A DNA stretch of 63,667 nucleotides, counting the filler, from Bacteroidales bacterium (lineage in GTDB: Bacteria > Bacteroidota > Bacteroidia > Bacteroidales > CAIWKO01): NCBI GenBank assembly GCA_035389045.1. It is 7 parts of 5 records of this genome, joined end to end, with 100 filler letters (N's around TTAATTAATTAA, not from the genome) between each part and the next. Parts side by side here need not be neighbours in the genome. Positions count along the whole stretch, not along the records: positions 51,584 to 63,667 come from DAOORA010000097.1; 6 more parts are not named here. One strand, 5' to 3'. Position 1 is the first letter of the stretch. The number at the start of each line of letters is the position of its first letter. This document shows positions 60,403 through 63,667 of this stretch, in pieces. Position numbers and translations under genes: made by a program. The notes under the pieces are model-generated. The model saw only the letters and a list, made by a program, of their open reading frames with translations, had not been told where the DNA came from and did not search any database.

Positions 60403-61425
60403 TTATTCAGTTTTTAAGTCATTAACTTTTTGATGGTCCGTGTTTTGTCCTTTTTCATTTTTTTCTTCAGGAACGCTTACCGGTTGTGGCTTTGTATTTT
60501 GGACAAAAAATACCCCGTTTTTCAGGCTGTTATCATGTTCATCGGGCAGGGGCTGAAACTTTGCGAACTTTACCATATCAGCCAGTGACAGTATTTTTTC
60601 AATTCTTTTTATTTCTTCTTCGGGAAAATTAGCTGTCCGGAGAGTCTCAATAACGTCAGAAGTGATCATTTCCATAGCATCCACATTAAACTGCCCTTCG
60701 AGGTAAACACGGAGAATATCTGTCAGTTCTGAATGAAATTCTTTAATTTTTCCTGTCTGCCAGAGTTTTTCGATACGGAGCGCTTCCAGGTCGCTGAGCG
60801 CTTTTTCGTAAGGCGGGATCTTCGGTTTATGTGGCAAATTAATGATGGGCTCTTTCTTTCTGAGCTTTCTGAGGATATAGATACCGATACCGACGGCCAG
60901 CAAAACTCCCAGCCCCAGCAATGTCCAGGGTAATATCTCTCTCCAGGTAAGCGGCTCGCCTAACGGCATCTTTATATCCTTGAATTCTTTGGTGGTATCC
61001 ACAGAAACCGTATTTACATACAGCATGATGGGCATGGTGCCTGCCAGATACCGGGTTGTATCGCCGGGCATCTTGTAAGAGAAAACCATGGGCGGAATGA
61101 CAAAAGTCCCTGAATCAAAGGAAGAAATATTTAATGTCTGTGAGAAGGTCGTGAATTTTTTATCCGCCGAAAATAAAGTATCTATTTTGGTGCGCGATAC
61201 CACTTCAACACTTTTGGTGAGTGTGTCGGTAACAATTGGAAGGGCAGGAATGGCTTTTGAAGGGAAAGTAAATTTATAAGTATACTTTACCTGGTCTCCG
61301 ATCAGTACATTGTTTGAATCAATGGAAGCCACAGCTTCAGTCTTTTGTGCGTCAACAAAAACGGGAATACCAATGAGAATGATGGTGATAGCCTGCCTTA
61401 TTATTCTTTTCAATCCTGTTTTCAT
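60403..61425 (-). CDS. Bat-operon membrane protein (BatD-like N-terminus, single TM)
   Basis: Signal peptide; LIGDQ; SFDSG; KDIK; TM helix; ADMVKFAK. Confidence 0.82.
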   Translation of the reverse strand: MKTGLKRIIRQAITIILIGIPVFVDAQKTEAVASIDSNNVLIGDQVKYTYKFTFPSKAIPALPIVTDTLTKSVEVVSRTKIDTLFSADKKFTTFSQTLNISSFDSGTFVIPPMVFSYKMPGDTTRYLAGTMPIMLYVNTVSVDTTKEFKDIKMPLGEPLTWREILPWTLLGLGVLLAVGIGIYILRKLRKKEPIINLPHKPKIPPYEKALSDLEALRIEKLWQTGKIKEFHSELTDILRVYLEGQFNVDAMEMITSDVIETLRTANFPEEEIKRIEKILSLADMVKFAKFQPLPDEHDNSLKNGVFFVQNTKPQPVSVPEEKNEKGQNTDHQKVNDLKTE

Positions 61426-61429
61426 ACCA

Positions 61430-62305
61430 CTAAAATCTTGATTCACGTTTTTTAAACAGTTTTATCAGGGGCTTGATAAAGTCTTCATCAGTATTTACCG
61501 TAGCAACGTCCATACGGCTTTTTACAAAGATATCGTGCAGCAGTTTTTCGTGCAGTTGCCAGCGGGATTTGTGTGTTTCCTGAAATTTTTTCCCCGAAGT
61601 GTCGACCCAGAACGTTTTATTGCTTTCGAAATCTCTGATCTTCAGCAAACCAACAGGTGGAATTTCAGCTTCACGTTTATCCACAATACGTATGCCGACC
61701 AGGTCGTGCTTCCTGGAGGCTATTTTAATGGCATCGCTGAAACCCGTATCCATAAAATCGCTCAGCAGGAATGCGGTACAGCGTTTTTTTATGGCATTGG
61801 TGAGGAAACGCAAGGGCTCTGATAGTTTGGTAAGCCTGCTTTCAGGCTTGAAATCAACCAGCTCGCGGATGATGCGTAAAATGTGTGATGTCCCCTTTTT
61901 GGGTGGAATAAATTTTTCTACCTTGTCACTGAAAAAAATTACACCCACCTTATCATTGTTTTGAATAGCTGAAAATGCAAGCACAGCGGCTATTTCAGTA
62001 ATTTTTTCCGTTTTAAGCTGCTGCTGTGTCCCGAAATTATTGGATCCGCTGACATCGATAAGCATCATCACCGTAAGTTCTCGTTCTTCTTCAAAAATCT
62101 TGACATAGGGATGGTCAAAGCGGGCGGTGACATTCCAGTCGATAGAACGGATATCATCACCATAATTATATTCCCGAACTTCGCTGAAAGCCATACCGCG
62201 TCCCTTGAAGGCGCTATGGTATTGGCCGGAAAATATCTGGTTCGTCAGCCCCCGCGACTTGATCTCAATTTTTCTTACCCGTTTTAGTAATTCCGACGTT
62301 TCCAC
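61430..62305 (-). CDS. DUF58 family protein
   Basis: GMAFSEVREY..GDDIRSIDWNVTAR; EEERELT; GTG start. Confidence 0.95.
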   Translation of the reverse strand: METSELLKRVRKIEIKSRGLTNQIFSGQYHSAFKGRGMAFSEVREYNYGDDIRSIDWNVTARFDHPYVKIFEEERELTVMMLIDVSGSNNFGTQQQLKTEKITEIAAVLAFSAIQNNDKVGVIFFSDKVEKFIPPKKGTSHILRIIRELVDFKPESRLTKLSEPLRFLTNAIKKRCTAFLLSDFMDTGFSDAIKIASRKHDLVGIRIVDKREAEIPPVGLLKIRDFESNKTFWVDTSGKKFQETHKSRWQLHEKLLHDIFVKSRMDVATVNTDEDFIKPLIKLFKKRESRF

Positions 62306-62337
62306 TTTATCTTTAGAATACTATTTTTTATTTTTAT

Positions 62338-62457
62338 GTACGGACATTTCATGAAATGTCCCTATTTCAATTTGCCTCCAATCGCTCAATCGCCCTATCG
62401 CCCTATCGCCCAATCGCCCAATCGACTTATCGACTTATCGCCCAATCGACTTATCGC
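62338..62457. repeat. REP-like palindrome plus 8-mer tandem array
   Basis: gtacggacatttcatgaaatgtccctat (62338-62365, one mismatch to 57473-57500); ~10 units of ccaatcgc/cctatcgc/cttatcga (62378-62457). Confidence 0.82.
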
Positions 62458-62464
62458 CAATCTC

Positions 62465-63466
62465 CTATGGCACTTCCACGCTGTTCAGTATCTCATTAAT
62501 GATCTCTTCCGTAGTGATATTTTCGGCTTCTGCCTCGTAAGTCAGACCGATGCGGTGACGCAGAACATCGTGGCAAACCGCTCTGATATCCTCGGGATAC
62601 ACATATCCTTTACGTTTTATGAACGCATAAGATTTGGCAGCAAGGGCCAGGTAAATACTTGCACGCGGCGATGCGCCGTAACTGATCAGGCCATCAAACT
62701 TTTTCAGGTTGTATTTGGCGGGATACCTTGTGGCAAAAACAATGTCTGTGATATAGTTTTCAATTTTTTCATCAATGTATACTTCCCTTACTATGGCTCT
62801 GGCTCTGATGATATCGTCGGGTTTGATGATTGCACTGGTCGCAACGCTTTTGTTTCCGACATTCTGCCGCATGATGAGTTTTTCTTCTTCCTTGTTTGGG
62901 TAACCGATCACCACTTTCAGCATGAAGCGGTCAACCTGTGCTTCGGGCAGGGGATAGGTTCCTTCCTGTTCAATAGGGTTTTGTGTGGCAAGAACAAGAA
63001 AAGGTTCAGGTAACATAAAGGTGCTGTCGCCTATGGTAACCTGGCGTTCCTGCATGGCTTCGAGCAGGGCGCTCTGAACCTTTGCCGGCGAACGGTTGAT
63101 TTCATCTGCCAGAATAAAATTTGAAAAAACAGGTCCCTTTCGAACATTGAACTCTTCTTTTTTCTGACTGTAAACCATGGTTCCTACAAGGTCGGCAGGC
63201 AGCAGGTCGGGTGTGAACTGTATACGGTTGAATTTTGCGTCGATGGCTCCGGCCAGAGATTTAATCGCAAGCGTCTTCGCCAGCCCGGGAACTCCTTCAA
63301 GCAGAATATGCCCGTTTGACAGCAAACCGATAAGCAGCCTTTCGATCATGTGTTTCTGACCAATGATCACTTTCGACATTTCCATGGTGATCATATCCAC
63401 AAAAGCGCTCTCTCGCTGAATACGATCATTTAACTCTCTGATATCAATTAATTCCTGCATAGACAT
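62465..63466 (-). CDS. moxR: MoxR family AAA+ ATPase
   Basis: GVPGLAKT Walker A; RIQFTPDLLPAD; LADEINR; ATQNPIEQEGTYPLPEAQVDRF; GASPRA; TAAATTTG promoter element at 63489-63482. Confidence 0.96.
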   Translation of the reverse strand: MSMQELIDIRELNDRIQRESAFVDMITMEMSKVIIGQKHMIERLLIGLLSNGHILLEGVPGLAKTLAIKSLAGAIDAKFNRIQFTPDLLPADLVGTMVYSQKKEEFNVRKGPVFSNFILADEINRSPAKVQSALLEAMQERQVTIGDSTFMLPEPFLVLATQNPIEQEGTYPLPEAQVDRFMLKVVIGYPNKEEEKLIMRQNVGNKSVATSAIIKPDDIIRARAIVREVYIDEKIENYITDIVFATRYPAKYNLKKFDGLISYGASPRASIYLALAAKSYAFIKRKGYVYPEDIRAVCHDVLRHRIGLTYEAEAENITTEEIINEILNSVEVP

Positions 63467-63667
63467 AAAATTTTTGGGGCACAAATTTAAAACAGTGTAC
63501 AGTTTTTTTTCAAGTAAAATTTTGTTAAAAAATGTTAATACCACCTTTAAAAAAGGCATATAAAAAACTCCGATTTCCTAAAATTATTATTTGTGAAACA
63601 AATTTTTTATTAAACATAGATTTTCACGGTAAACAACCGACCGTATATTACGAATAAGTGGCTCCTT

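Noticed and set aside
62336..63013. 225-aa plus-strand ORF and the many other antisense ORFs in the track
   Set aside because: Shadows of well-supported genes or translations of repeats, with no family motifs.

Overview
Draft-genome sequence of a Bacteroidota organism, probably an anaerobic Bacteroidales-like one (TAnnTTTG promoters, many T9SS-sorted proteins, Bat operon). The window is not contiguous. It is seven contigs joined by six identical 100-nt linkers (44 N + TTAATTAATTAA + 44 N), so adjacency across linkers means nothing. Contig A (1-9457): LytTR fragment, ArsR regulator, a 1981-aa T9SS surface protein, and a T9SS-type gene broken by one in-frame TAA. Contig B (9558-20116): GlcNAc-kinase fragment, two paralogous modular T9SS proteins, a gingipain-like C25 protease, a flavin reductase and an amidohydrolase. 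Contig C (20217-26006): a WtpA-like tungstate/molybdate-binding protein co-oriented with a lipoprotein, a T9SS protein and a TonB-dependent receptor, then two tRNA-Leu genes. Contig D (26107-41062) is AT-rich and the most interesting. It carries an atypical ECF sigma/zinc anti-sigma pair, a thermonuclease bracketed by two related hairpin elements, and a seven-gene operon: vWA lipoprotein, 3-TM protein, tubulin/FtsZ-like GTPase, giant actin/Hsp70-fold ATPase, membrane coiled-coil protein and a ZorA/ZorB-like (MotAB-type) stator pair, with no ZorC/D/E. Contig E: Cu-type P1B ATPase. Contig F: aqpZ, ygeY-ygeW, an Omp28-like T9SS protein, an M28 peptidase and a DoxX protein. Contig G: a T9SS propeller protein and the moxR-DUF58-batABCDE operon, interrupted by a repeat-flanked GxxExxY gene and REP/microsatellite patches. 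All calls rest on motif recognition by eye; no database searches were run.
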